64,000 nt of DNA from an uncultured Candidatus Peribacteria bacterium (GTDB lineage: Bacteria > Patescibacteriota > Gracilibacteria > UBA1369): contig CAZGSD010000001.1 of NCBI GenBank assembly GCA_964528305.1, positions 133,749 to 197,748 of the forward strand, written 5' to 3'. The position numbers and the translations under genes were made by a program. This document shows positions 8,864 to 17,112 of this stretch, one piece after another. Below the pieces are notes generated by a model. The model had not been told where the DNA came from. It saw only the letters and a list, made by a program, of their open reading frames with translations, and made no database searches. Each line of letters starts with the position of its first letter. The first letter of the stretch is position 1.

Positions 8864-9988
8864 GTGAGTTTATTAGGCAAAGCCTGGCCAGTTGCTGGCT
8901 GGAATCGCGGTAAATATGCGGCAAAAGCTGGGACTGCTCTTAAGCGTTTATCCAATGTCTCTGCCTCTACCAAGCTATTCAGATCCTATAGCATAGCGGT
9001 AGCGGCTCTTTTTGTAATTGGGGCCATAAACCCTGAGAATGTTTATTCACAAAATGCCTACTATGCTCCAACATTGGATGGCATGGAGGATTACTACGCA
9101 ACGACACTGGTTACTAGCGATGATGGATATATCTCTAAAACTACCCCTCCTACAGAATTAGCAGATCGCTCTGGCATGACCGGCAAGATTGTACACGAGG
9201 TGGAAGCTGGAGACACTATATCCACTATAGCCGCAGAATACGGCTTAAAAACCAACACACTGCTGTGGGAGAATGGTCTAAATGCCAATTCGACTTTGAA
9301 AATAGGTCAAAAACTGGCCGTACCACCAGTAGATGGTGTGACCCATACGGTAAAAAAGGGGGAAGATTTGAAGAAAATCGCCGCTCTTTACTCAGCTGAT
9401 GCTGGGGCAATAGCCAAACAAAATCAATTAGCTTCCCCAGATGCTTTGAAGGCTGGTGAAGCTATTTTCGTACCGGGTGCTCGCCCACTACCAGTGCGCG
9501 AAGCGCCAGCTAGAATTGAATCTACATCCAGATTACGTGCCAGCACTAATATAGGTAGCACTACTTTAGTTTCTGGTGAGCAGATTGGCAGCGACTCCAA
9601 CGATGTTCCGGTAGCCGGCAAGAGCATGATTTTCCCAACTAGAGGTAAATTAACCCAAGGTTTCCATCCTGGACATTATGCCTATGACATAGCAGATTCC
9701 AGCAAACCTCCAATTTGGGCGGCCATGGGGGGTACAGTAATCAAGGCTTCTAGTGGAACTTGGGGTGGGGGCTACGGCAATCACGTCATAGTTGATCATG
9801 GTAATGGTATTAAAACCCTCTATGCCCACATGGAATATTTGTCTGTGGCTGTAGGTGACGAAGTGACTCAGGGCCAGGTTATAGGTAAAATGGGCCGCAC
9901 CGGTAATGTAAGAGGTAAAACCGGCATACATCTTCATTTTGAAGTAATACAGAATGGCGTTAAAAAATCTCCAGCTAGCTATTTCTAG
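8864..9988 (+). CDS. LysM-domain M23 family metallopeptidase (peptidoglycan hydrolase); start codon uncertain (GTG at 8864)
   Basis: An N-terminal TM is followed by two LysM-like repeats (HEVEAGDTISTIAAEYG..., HTVKKGEDLKKIAALYS...). The C-terminal M23 motifs are HPGHYAYDI, GNHVIVDHGNGIKTLYAHM and GIHLHFEV. Confidence 0.88.
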   Translation: MSLLGKAWPVAGWNRGKYAAKAGTALKRLSNVSASTKLFRSYSIAVAALFVIGAINPENVYSQNAYYAPTLDGMEDYYATTLVTSDDGYISKTTPPTELADRSGMTGKIVHEVEAGDTISTIAAEYGLKTNTLLWENGLNANSTLKIGQKLAVPPVDGVTHTVKKGEDLKKIAALYSADAGAIAKQNQLASPDALKAGEAIFVPGARPLPVREAPARIESTSRLRASTNIGSTTLVSGEQIGSDSNDVPVAGKSMIFPTRGKLTQGFHPGHYAYDIADSSKPPIWAAMGGTVIKASSGTWGGGYGNHVIVDHGNGIKTLYAHMEYLSVAVGDEVTQGQVIGKMGRTGNVRGKTGIHLHFEVIQNGVKKSPASYF

Positions 9989-10277
9989 GATTTGGCCGAC
10001 CGTCGCTGTGGCGGGGGGGCGAGCTTGGAGGCTGGCTGTCATATTGATTCGTTGGCCATTTTTAATGCTGATACGCCTGTATCAGCGCACGATTTCCCCT
10101 GACCATTCCCCCTTGCGCAGGCTTTTTCCCTATGGATATTGCCGTTTTCAGCCCAGCTGTTCCGAATATGGCTACCGAGCTATCAAAAAATATGGTTTAA
10201 TCAGGGGCGTACTTAAGGCTGGCTGGAGGATACTGCGCTGCAATCCCTGGTCGGCAGGTGGCATGGATGAACCATAG
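9954..10277 (+). CDS. yidD: Membrane protein insertion efficiency factor YidD. The real start may be the internal ATG at 10065.
   Basis: LIRLYQRTISP...CRFQPSCSEYGYRAIKKYGLIRGVLKAGWRILRCNPW is the YidD signature. The 9954 start overlaps the peptidase gene by 35 nt. Confidence 0.85.
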   Translation: MALKNLQLAISRIWPTVAVAGGRAWRLAVILIRWPFLMLIRLYQRTISPDHSPLRRLFPYGYCRFQPSCSEYGYRAIKKYGLIRGVLKAGWRILRCNPWSAGGMDEP

Positions 10278-10292
10278 ATAACGCAAGCCGCC

Positions 10293-10373
10293 GGAGCCAG
10301 GCAGGGAGTATTACCTCGCCTCCGAAGGGCCCCTACCCCAAAGTCGGCGAGGTAATACTCCCTGCCTGGCTCC
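10293..10373. repeat. Long perfect inverted repeat (28-bp arms, 25-nt centre) immediately after yidD
   Basis: ggagccaggcagggagtattacctcgcc (10293-10320) is the exact reverse complement of ggcgaggtaatactccctgcctggctcc (10346-10373). No T-tract follows. Confidence 0.9.
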
Positions 10374-10408
10374 CGCAACCTTTATGTAAAAGGATTTTAG
10401 ATGAATAT

Positions 10409-10879
10409 ATGCAAAATTCAGGTAAATACAGTCGGGAGAAAGTGTGGGGGGAGATGTATGATAAGTCCGGGGAGGAAAAAACCGGGCAGGATGATTTTCG
10501 GCCTTTTGCTGAGCAGTTTGAAGAAAGAGGAATGAAAGGTTTTGATCCGAGAGAAAAAACCATTACAGGGAAAACTGATGCACAGGAGAAGACTCGCTAC
10601 CCCAGAGATCCGGAAACCAGGCTGGATTTGCATGGGATGAAGGTAGAGGAGGGCCGCCAAGCGCTGCTTAAGTTTATACGGGAAAGTCGGGAACTGGGGA
10701 AAATGTTTGTTTTGGTCATACCGGGACTGGGACGCAATAGTGAAGGCGGCCAGGCTAAATTGAGACCAATGGCAGTGGATGAATTGGCCCGTTTGCAGCG
10801 GGATCGTGTGATTAGGGACTTCAAGACCGCTGAACCGCGCCATGGCGGTTTTGGAGCCATCTACGTATATTTGAAATAA
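10409..10879 (+). CDS. Smr (MutS2 C-terminal-like) domain protein
   Basis: RLDLHGMKVEEGRQALLKFI...VLVIPGLG... matches the Smr LDLHG motif and layout. Confidence 0.75.
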   Translation: MQNSGKYSREKVWGEMYDKSGEEKTGQDDFRPFAEQFEERGMKGFDPREKTITGKTDAQEKTRYPRDPETRLDLHGMKVEEGRQALLKFIRESRELGKMFVLVIPGLGRNSEGGQAKLRPMAVDELARLQRDRVIRDFKTAEPRHGGFGAIYVYLK

Positions 10880-10966
10880 TTTTTGTCTGGTCAAGGCTGA
10901 TAAGTGGTTTTCAGGCGGTGTTTTGACTAAGCTGGACTGGCTTTAAGTATACGTTAATTTAAGCTA

Positions 10967-11821
10967 ATGAATATTTGGCAGGCAATTATACTGGGAATTA
11001 TTCAGGGATTGACCGAATTTTTACCTATCTCCTCCTCCGGCCATCTGATACTGGGGCAATCCTGGCTTGGTATAGATGATATGCTAGCCATGAAAAGCTT
11101 TGACATAGCTGTGCATGCGGGAACTTTATTGGCAATTTTCGTCTATTTTCGGGCGGATTTCATTGCCTTGCTGCGCGTGACTGGACGATTTGCCAAATTA
11201 CAGTTGGCAAAAATCCGTCGCCGTAAGTACCACCCTTTTACACCTGCTGAGGCTGAGTTGTGGAGATTTATTGGTATTCTAATAATTGGTACCATTCCGG
11301 CTGTCCTGCTTGGGCTTTTGGGTGGCGATATGATTGATCAATTACTACTAAACCCTATGAGCGTGACTGTTATGTTGGCGGTAGGGGCGCTGGTTTTTTT
11401 GTTAGCAGAGTATGTGCATAAACATTATCACGGAACCAAAGAGATTGGTTGGCGAGAGGGCATAGTAATTGGACTGGCCCAGGCTGTGGCCCTGGTGCCT
11501 GGCGTGTCACGTTCTGGCGCTACCATATCGGCTGGATTGTTTTTGGGGGTAGACAGGGCCAGAGCGGCGCGATTTTCTTTTATACTGGGGTCAGTGGCGA
11601 TGATGGCGGCCACCGCTTATGCTACGATCAAAGTTGGAACAGGCGCTTATACACTGCCGCCTATGGATATTATGTTGATAGGGATAATCTCTTCCTTTTT
11701 GTCAGGCTGGCTGGCTATCAGTTTTCTGATTAATTTTTTAAAAAAACACACATTGGCTGTATTCGCCTGGTACAGATTATTATTGGTGGCTATGGTATGG
11801 GGTTTTTGGTGGTTGAATTAA
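10967..11821 (+). CDS. uppP: Undecaprenyl-diphosphate phosphatase (BacA/UppP)
   Basis: IIQGLTEFLPISSSGHL and PGVSRSGATISAGL motifs in a polytopic 284-aa protein. Confidence 0.92.
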   Translation: MNIWQAIILGIIQGLTEFLPISSSGHLILGQSWLGIDDMLAMKSFDIAVHAGTLLAIFVYFRADFIALLRVTGRFAKLQLAKIRRRKYHPFTPAEAELWRFIGILIIGTIPAVLLGLLGGDMIDQLLLNPMSVTVMLAVGALVFLLAEYVHKHYHGTKEIGWREGIVIGLAQAVALVPGVSRSGATISAGLFLGVDRARAARFSFILGSVAMMAATAYATIKVGTGAYTLPPMDIMLIGIISSFLSGWLAISFLINFLKKHTLAVFAWYRLLLVAMVWGFWWLN

Positions 11822-11875
11822 AACTTGCCTGCCACCCCTAGGGCGCTTACTATGTTGAGGTAAACATTAATTTCA

Positions 11876-12754
11876 ATGAGTAATACTTCCGTGAAAGCAT
11901 CAATTGTCATACTGGATTTTCGGAAAAGCCAGAGAGTTTGTGAAAACGTGGAGAGCCTACAGAGACAGCGCACTAATTTTGATTATGAAATTCTGATTAT
12001 CGACAACTCCTGCACGACCGAAAATGCGGAGAAATTGATGACTTTGAAAAAATTTCCCAATGTGCGGGACATACAGATCAACCCTGTTAATAATGGCTAT
12101 ACACGGGCCAACAATCAGGAAGCCCGTAAGGCGCGTGGCGAGTTTTTGATGATAGTGAATCCCGATATAGTTTGGGCGGCTGAAGATACCCTACAAAAGA
12201 TGGTGGATTATATGGAAAAATACCCAGAGGTTGGTATCATGGGCCCCAAGCAAATTAACGATAGCAATGGTGGAATAGCCATGTCGGTGCGAGCTTTTCC
12301 CAATTTCATATTGCAGGTAGCCAGACGCACTTTTCTGCGCCATTTGCCGATCCTGAAGCAGCTGGTAGCCTATGATGAAATGCAGCATTTGGACTATGAA
12401 AAATTGCAAACCGTGGATTGGCTGCAGTCGTCGTTCTGGATTGTACGGCGGGCATTGTGGGAGAAGTGGGGGGGGCTGGATGAATCTTATTTCATATTCA
12501 TGTCTGATCCCGCCCTTTGTTTTCGTTGCTGGGATGATGGTTATCAAGTGATTTATAATCCTGATGTAGTGGTGCATGCTGATGGACGCCGTGTCAGTAG
12601 CGGTGGTTTTATGGCTTTTTGGAAAAACTGGATATTAAGACAGCATGTAAAAGATGCCCTGGTTTATCAGCTAAAACACTGGTGGAGAGGAAATCCGCAT
12701 AAGAGGTGGCTTAAAGCGCAGGGGCTGGGGGTGCGTCGGGGACGGGAATGGTAA
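11876..12754 (+). CDS. Family 2 glycosyltransferase
   Basis: ASIVILDF...YEILIIDNS... and an IVNPD (DxD-like) motif give a GT-A type N-terminal pattern. Confidence 0.75.
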   Translation: MSNTSVKASIVILDFRKSQRVCENVESLQRQRTNFDYEILIIDNSCTTENAEKLMTLKKFPNVRDIQINPVNNGYTRANNQEARKARGEFLMIVNPDIVWAAEDTLQKMVDYMEKYPEVGIMGPKQINDSNGGIAMSVRAFPNFILQVARRTFLRHLPILKQLVAYDEMQHLDYEKLQTVDWLQSSFWIVRRALWEKWGGLDESYFIFMSDPALCFRCWDDGYQVIYNPDVVVHADGRRVSSGGFMAFWKNWILRQHVKDALVYQLKHWWRGNPHKRWLKAQGLGVRRGREW

Positions 12755-14138
12755 GATTTGCTTCTGGAGATGGTGCGTTTGGAAGTGCGGTGGAAGGGGT
12801 GGCCGCTGGTGCGACTGACGCGCTGGGTGATGGTGGAGTTATTACGGTTGCGGCGCTGTTTTGGCTGTGTAAAGCCTGTTGTAACCAAGCTTGGCCGGGG
12901 CTGTTGGGGGTGGTGGCTATGGCTGTGGGTAGGGTGTAGTTACTGAGTGCGGCTGCTGGAACCGGAGAGATGGCTGGGGTTGGGTTGGATGTTGGTGGCG
13001 CAGAAGCGGGATCGGTGGTGATTGTGGAAACTGGCTGGCTGGGAGCGCTCATATGAGGGCGTGGCGCCGGAGTGCCACCCTCCAATTTGTTGGCTAATTG
13101 CTGTCGCATTGTAGCTACACGTTTTTTAATTTCATCCTGCTGAATTTCTATTTCATCTGCCTTGTCTAATTTTACTGTTTGAATAGGATAAGGGATGTTG
13201 AAGCCGACCTGGTCGTAGGCTTTGGTTAGCTTCATGATTAATTTATTTTTGACTTTAACCATTTTGCCGCCTTTGGAATCAATCCAAACATTGATGCGGA
13301 AATTGATGGAATAATCGCCCCATTCATAAAAGATTACGCTGGGCTTGGGGCTGGCCAGGACATGAGGTACAGTTTTGATAATATCTTTAGTCAGTGTCAT
13401 GACCTGCCTGAGGTCGCTGCCGTAACCCACCCCCATGATGAAAGTGAGTTTACGGAAAGGATTGGAGGTTTTGCTAACTACGACATTTTTGAAAAGTTCA
13501 GCATTGGGGACTATGACTTTGGTGCCATCAAAAGCCTTGATGATGGTGGCGCGGGTTTGAATTTCCATGATGCGGCCAACCACACTGCCAACTTTGATCA
13601 CATCACCGATGGTGTAATGGCGGGAAGCCAGGATTAGCATGCCGGAAATGGTATTCATGATGATGTCCTGCAGGGCGAAACCGAGGCCAAAGGCACCGGC
13701 CGCGACGATGGGTTTTAAGTCTATGCCGACTATACTGAGGGAAATGGTGATACCAATGACCAGGACAATGAAATAAGCTGAGCGGCCGGCGACAATCTGA
13801 ACTTCTTTGTGTTCTTCCTCAATGCCTTTTTCGGCCATTTTATTTTCAATGCTGCGTTTGACCAGCAAAGCTGTGATATAGCTGAGCACGGCTATGACAA
13901 TGGCGGCAATCCAGAGTGGAATGGCTGTTAAAAAGCCAGCAATTAGTTTGCCTAACTCGTTGGAGGTTTGCTCCCCCACCTGATTGACGCTGTTTGCCAC
14001 TTGAGCAAAAGCGACGGGTATCCCAAGAATTTCTGTTGGATTGAACACTTTTATTTGTTTGATTAATCCTTTTATTATAACAAAATTTGACGTATTGATC
14101 AATGATTTGTGTTTGAGAAAGATCACATGGAAGAGCAT
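12711..14138 (-). CDS. MscS-family mechanosensitive channel with a long Pro/Ala/Thr/Ser-rich C-terminal tail; start uncertain
   Basis: MscS core: ...QDIIMNTISGMLILASRHYTIGDVIKVGSVVGRIMEIQTRATIIKAFDGTKVIVPNAELF. The ORF is open up to 14240, which would overlap the divergent SPFH gene. Candidate starts are ATG 14138, ATG 14174 and GTG 14048. The 3' end overlaps the convergent GT2 gene by 44 nt. Confidence 0.8.
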   Translation of the reverse strand: MLFHVIFLKHKSLINTSNFVIIKGLIKQIKVFNPTEILGIPVAFAQVANSVNQVGEQTSNELGKLIAGFLTAIPLWIAAIVIAVLSYITALLVKRSIENKMAEKGIEEEHKEVQIVAGRSAYFIVLVIGITISLSIVGIDLKPIVAAGAFGLGFALQDIIMNTISGMLILASRHYTIGDVIKVGSVVGRIMEIQTRATIIKAFDGTKVIVPNAELFKNVVVSKTSNPFRKLTFIMGVGYGSDLRQVMTLTKDIIKTVPHVLASPKPSVIFYEWGDYSINFRINVWIDSKGGKMVKVKNKLIMKLTKAYDQVGFNIPYPIQTVKLDKADEIEIQQDEIKKRVATMRQQLANKLEGGTPAPRPHMSAPSQPVSTITTDPASAPPTSNPTPAISPVPAAALSNYTLPTAIATTPNSPGQAWLQQALHSQNSAATVITPPSPSASVAPAATPSTALPNAPSPEANLTIPVPDAPPAPAL

Positions 14139-14175
14139 AATTCCCATCGGAATCATCAATTTGTTTAAAATCATT

Positions 14176-14934
14176 ATGGAAAATCTATTTTGGCTGCTGA
14201 TAGTGGTTGTGGGAGTTTTGTCCTGCGTGAGACAAGTCAATCAGTATGAAAGAGGCATAGTCCTGACTATGGGTAAATACACGTCTACACGACAGCCCGG
14301 CTGGACCTTTATCTGGCCAATATTCCAGTCTATGCAAAAAGTGGATATACGCATCAAAACTGTGGATGTGCCAGAACAGGAAACTATTACCAAAGATAAT
14401 ATCCCGGTCAGCATCAATGCGGTGATTTATTATAAAGTAATGGACCCCAATAAAGCTGTACTGGATGTGGAAAATTTCTATTCTGCCGTCAGCCAGCTCG
14501 CTCAAATCACCATGAGAAATGTGGTGGGTGAGGTCACATTGGAAGAATTGCTGCGTGATAGAGAGACTATTTCGGCTAAAATTCAGGCAAGGGTGGATGA
14601 AGCTACTGATCCCTGGGGTATCAAAGTTAATGATGTGGATTTGAAAGACGTGGTGATTCCGGCCGATCTGAAGCGCACCATAGCCAAGGTGGCTGAAGCG
14701 GAACGCGAGCGTAAAGCCGCTATTATCCGGGCAGAAGGTGAAGTGGTAGCGGCCGAAAGCATAGCCAAAGCGGCCAATATGATGGCGCAGTCCCCCGGGG
14801 CGCTGCATCTGCGTACATTGCAATCGATCAATGATATTTCTTCCGATGAGTCTAATACTACTATTTGGATGGTGCCACTGGAGGTCTTACGGGCCGTGGA
14901 GGCTGTTGGGGAGCATTTGGGGAAGAAGGGGTAG
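14176..14934 (+). CDS. SPFH/band-7 (stomatin/prohibitin-like) membrane protein
   Basis: MENLFWLLIVVVGVLSCVRQVNQYERGIVLTMGKY...TKDNIPVSINAVIYYKV...IIRAEGE... I chose the ATG at 14176 over the track's 14041 because of the typical TM and QYERG N-terminus. Confidence 0.88.
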   Translation: MENLFWLLIVVVGVLSCVRQVNQYERGIVLTMGKYTSTRQPGWTFIWPIFQSMQKVDIRIKTVDVPEQETITKDNIPVSINAVIYYKVMDPNKAVLDVENFYSAVSQLAQITMRNVVGEVTLEELLRDRETISAKIQARVDEATDPWGIKVNDVDLKDVVIPADLKRTIAKVAEAERERKAAIIRAEGEVVAAESIAKAANMMAQSPGALHLRTLQSINDISSDESNTTIWMVPLEVLRAVEAVGEHLGKKG

Positions 14935-14941
14935 ATTCGAT

Positions 14942-14971
14942 TTGACATTTTAAGTGCTTTGCAGTTATACA
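14942..14971 (+). promoter_or_regulatory. Sigma-70-like promoter (TTGACA, 17 nt, TTATAC) for a small transcription unit
   Basis: ttgaca at 14942-14947, a 17-nt spacer, then ttatac at 14965-14970 (or tataca at 14966-14971). Confidence 0.6.
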
Positions 14972-14977
14972 TTAATC

Positions 14978-15097
14978 ATGAATCAATTTAAACATCAATT
15001 AGCTGGATTTTACGCAAAAGGTGGCCTTGCCCGTACAGGAATGTACGGCGTATGGTCAGGAGTTTGCTTATTTGGCAATGGTGTTTTTACTTCGTAG
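14978..15097 (+). CDS. Candidate 39-aa small protein (MNQFKHQLAGFYAKGGLARTGMYGVWSGVCLFGNGVFTS). The unit could instead be a roughly 170-nt sRNA.
   Basis: The ATG lies 7-8 nt after the -10 box, so the mRNA would be near-leaderless, and the stop TAG is at 15095-15097. An intrinsic terminator follows 20 nt later. It falls below the ORF track's length cut-off. Confidence 0.35.
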   Translation: MNQFKHQLAGFYAKGGLARTGMYGVWSGVCLFGNGVFTS

Positions 15098-15117
15098 ATT
15101 ATAATAAATCTTAAAAA

Positions 15118-15151
15118 AGCACCTCTGCTAGACAAGCAAAGGTGCTTTTTT
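15118..15151 (+). terminator. Intrinsic terminator closing the small transcription unit, upstream of the MFS gene
   Basis: agcacctctgc (15118-15128) pairs with gcaaaggtgct (15136-15146) with one mismatch. It is followed by T-rich tttttt and preceded by aaaaaa, so it may be bidirectional. Confidence 0.7.
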
Positions 15152-15207
15152 CGAATGTGCACCAGGCCTGTCTGGATCATTTACAACCATGTTAAAGGAT
15201 AAAAACC

Positions 15208-16401
15208 ATGAAAGCTCAACAGACCATCAAGCTCTACTACCTGCTCTCGACCCTGACCAGTTTTGGTATGGGATTTGTGGCGGCTACTTACGTTATGTTC
15301 CTGCGCCAGAATCACCTGAGCTACCTGGAAACCAACCTGGTGAACCTCGTTTTCTTTGCTACTGTCATGCTTTTTGAGGTGCCGACGGGAGCGGTGGCTG
15401 ATGTTTTTGGCCGTAAGGCGTCTTATGTCATTTCATGCTTCCTGTTGGGCTTAGGGTGTCTGATTTACTCCCAGGCTACTACTTTTGCCGGCTTTGTTTT
15501 TGCGGAAGTTATTGGTGGTATAGCTCTTACTTTTGCCAGCGGGGCTTTTGAAGCCTGGCTGGTCGATAGACTGAAAGAGCTTAACCACCCGACCAAGCTG
15601 ACTGATGTTCTAGCGAGACACTCTCAATTGGAAAAATTGGCATCTATCGCTGGGGCGCTGCTGGGCGGTTGGTTGGCTGATAAAACCGATTTGACCACTC
15701 CATGGCTGGCGGCTGGCCTGCTACAACTGCTGGTTGGTGTGGTCGCTATGATTTTGATGGAGGAGGGCCGGGCGCAGCGCCGACATGTCACCATGCTGGC
15801 CGCCTGGAAGTCGATGAGAGAAACCATCTGGCTGAGCCTGAAATACTGCTTGAATCAGAAAAATGTACGCTTTGTGGTGCTTACTGGTACAATCACGGCG
15901 CTGGCGGTCCAAGGCCCAAACATGCAATGGCCGCCGTTCTTCACCAACTTTCTTGGGGAAAGCTCTACTCTGATGGGATGGGTTTGGGCAGCCCTGTCAG
16001 TATCAGTAATTATTGGGGCGGGACTGGCCTCGAAGTGGATGAGGTTTTGGAAAACCGAGCAAAAGGCTCTAATCGCGGTTCAAATGGGTATAGGTCTGGG
16101 CATTATGCTTACTGCTTATATGCCGACTTGGCCCCTTGCACTGCTGTTCTTTCTGCTTCATGAAAGCATGCGCGGGCTACAGAATCCGCTCAAGAATGCT
16201 TATATGCACGACAATATACCCTCTGCTGAGCGGGCAACGATCATTTCATTTGAATCGATGGCGAAAACGATTGGTGGGATGATCGGGCTGGTGGGGAGTG
16301 GCCTCTTGGCTCAGTATACTTCGGTTCCTTTGACTTGGTTGATATCAGGTGGGATTCTATTTTTTGCAGCCTTTGGGTTGATGAAGAATAGCAAAGCCTG
16401 A
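15208..16401 (+). CDS. MFS transporter
   Basis: 397 aa with about 12 hydrophobic segments and an MFS-like loop motif GAVADVFGRK between TM2 and TM3. Confidence 0.85.
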   Translation: MKAQQTIKLYYLLSTLTSFGMGFVAATYVMFLRQNHLSYLETNLVNLVFFATVMLFEVPTGAVADVFGRKASYVISCFLLGLGCLIYSQATTFAGFVFAEVIGGIALTFASGAFEAWLVDRLKELNHPTKLTDVLARHSQLEKLASIAGALLGGWLADKTDLTTPWLAAGLLQLLVGVVAMILMEEGRAQRRHVTMLAAWKSMRETIWLSLKYCLNQKNVRFVVLTGTITALAVQGPNMQWPPFFTNFLGESSTLMGWVWAALSVSVIIGAGLASKWMRFWKTEQKALIAVQMGIGLGIMLTAYMPTWPLALLFFLLHESMRGLQNPLKNAYMHDNIPSAERATIISFESMAKTIGGMIGLVGSGLLAQYTSVPLTWLISGGILFFAAFGLMKNSKA

Positions 16402-16404
16402 TTT

Positions 16405-16442
16405 ACAAGCGGTGAGATAATATCAAACCGCTTGTTTTTTTT
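16405..16442 (+). terminator. Intrinsic terminator after the MFS gene
   Basis: acaagcggt (16405-16413) pairs with accgcttgt (16427-16435) and is followed by a T8 run. Confidence 0.8.
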
Positions 16443-16526
16443 GTGAAACGAGATGCTCACTTGAACATCTTTGTTTTCAAAAATTTAAATATTTTTAAGG
16501 CTGCGTTAATTTTGTTGTGTAATTAT

Positions 16527-16580
16527 TTGCCTTGGGAATTAAAATACTTTATACTCAATAGTACTAGTAAAAGTATTTTA
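16527..16580 (+). promoter_or_regulatory. Promoter (TTGCCT, 17 nt, TATACT) with an overlapping 12-bp inverted repeat; probable autoregulatory operator of the TA pair
   Basis: ttgcct at 16527-16532 and tatact at 16550-16555. ttaaaatacttt (16539-16550) is the reverse complement of aaagtattttaa (16569-16580). Confidence 0.55.
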
Positions 16581-16589
16581 AATAGTGCT

Positions 16590-16847
16590 ATGAATAATAT
16601 TTTAACTGCTCAAGAATTGAAAACTAAAGGGGCACAAATAATACAGGAAAAAATTAAGGACTTTCAGGAAGTTGTAATTTCAGTGAGGGGAAAAAACACC
16701 TATGTGGTGATGACCATGGATAAATACAATTATCTGCGAAAATGTGAATTGGAAGCGGCGATTTTGGAAACTAAAAATGACTTGGCCCGGGGCAAGTACA
16801 AAAAACAGACTGTCAAAGAACATCTAAAAGATTTGAGAAATGTATGA
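16590..16847 (+). CDS. Type II antitoxin (Phd/YefM-like)
   Basis: 85 aa from the internal ATG (MNNILTAQELKTKGAQIIQEK...VVISVRGKNTYVVMTMDKYNYL). It overlaps the toxin gene by 8 nt. The upstream part of the track ORF (GTG 16443) covers the promoter region. Confidence 0.65.
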   Translation: MNNILTAQELKTKGAQIIQEKIKDFQEVVISVRGKNTYVVMTMDKYNYLRKCELEAAILETKNDLARGKYKKQTVKEHLKDLRNV

Positions 16848-17112
16848 ATTGATACTCACTGAAAGTTACAGGAAGAAAGCCAAGAAATTCTTTGCTAAAC
16901 AACAGGCTATACTTGATCAGTATGAGAAAACTTTAATATTATTATGTTTGAATCCACAGCACCCCTCTTTGCGTTGTCACAAATTAAGCGGTGGCCTGAA
17001 AGAGCTGTATAGTGTTTCGATAAACATTTCCTATCGATTGATTATTTACTTTATCATCGAGGAAAAAGCGATTGTTCCCGTAGATATTGGTTCGCATGAT
17101 CAGGTTTACTAA
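16840..17112 (+). CDS. Type II toxin, RelE/ParE superfamily (YafQ/RelE-like mRNA interferase)
   Basis: 90 aa. ...NPQHPSLRCHKLSGGLKELYSVSINISYRLIIYF...IVPVDIGSHDQVY is the typical C-terminal pattern of this family. Confidence 0.75.
   Translation: MYELILTESYRKKAKKFFAKQQAILDQYEKTLILLCLNPQHPSLRCHKLSGGLKELYSVSINISYRLIIYFIIEEKAIVPVDIGSHDQVY

Noticed and set aside
12748-12946. Short Gly/Trp/Val-rich plus-strand ORFs opposite the MscS 3' end
   Set aside because: They are reverse-frame readings of the Pro/Ala/Thr-rich tail coding region of the MscS-family gene. This is a compositional artefact.
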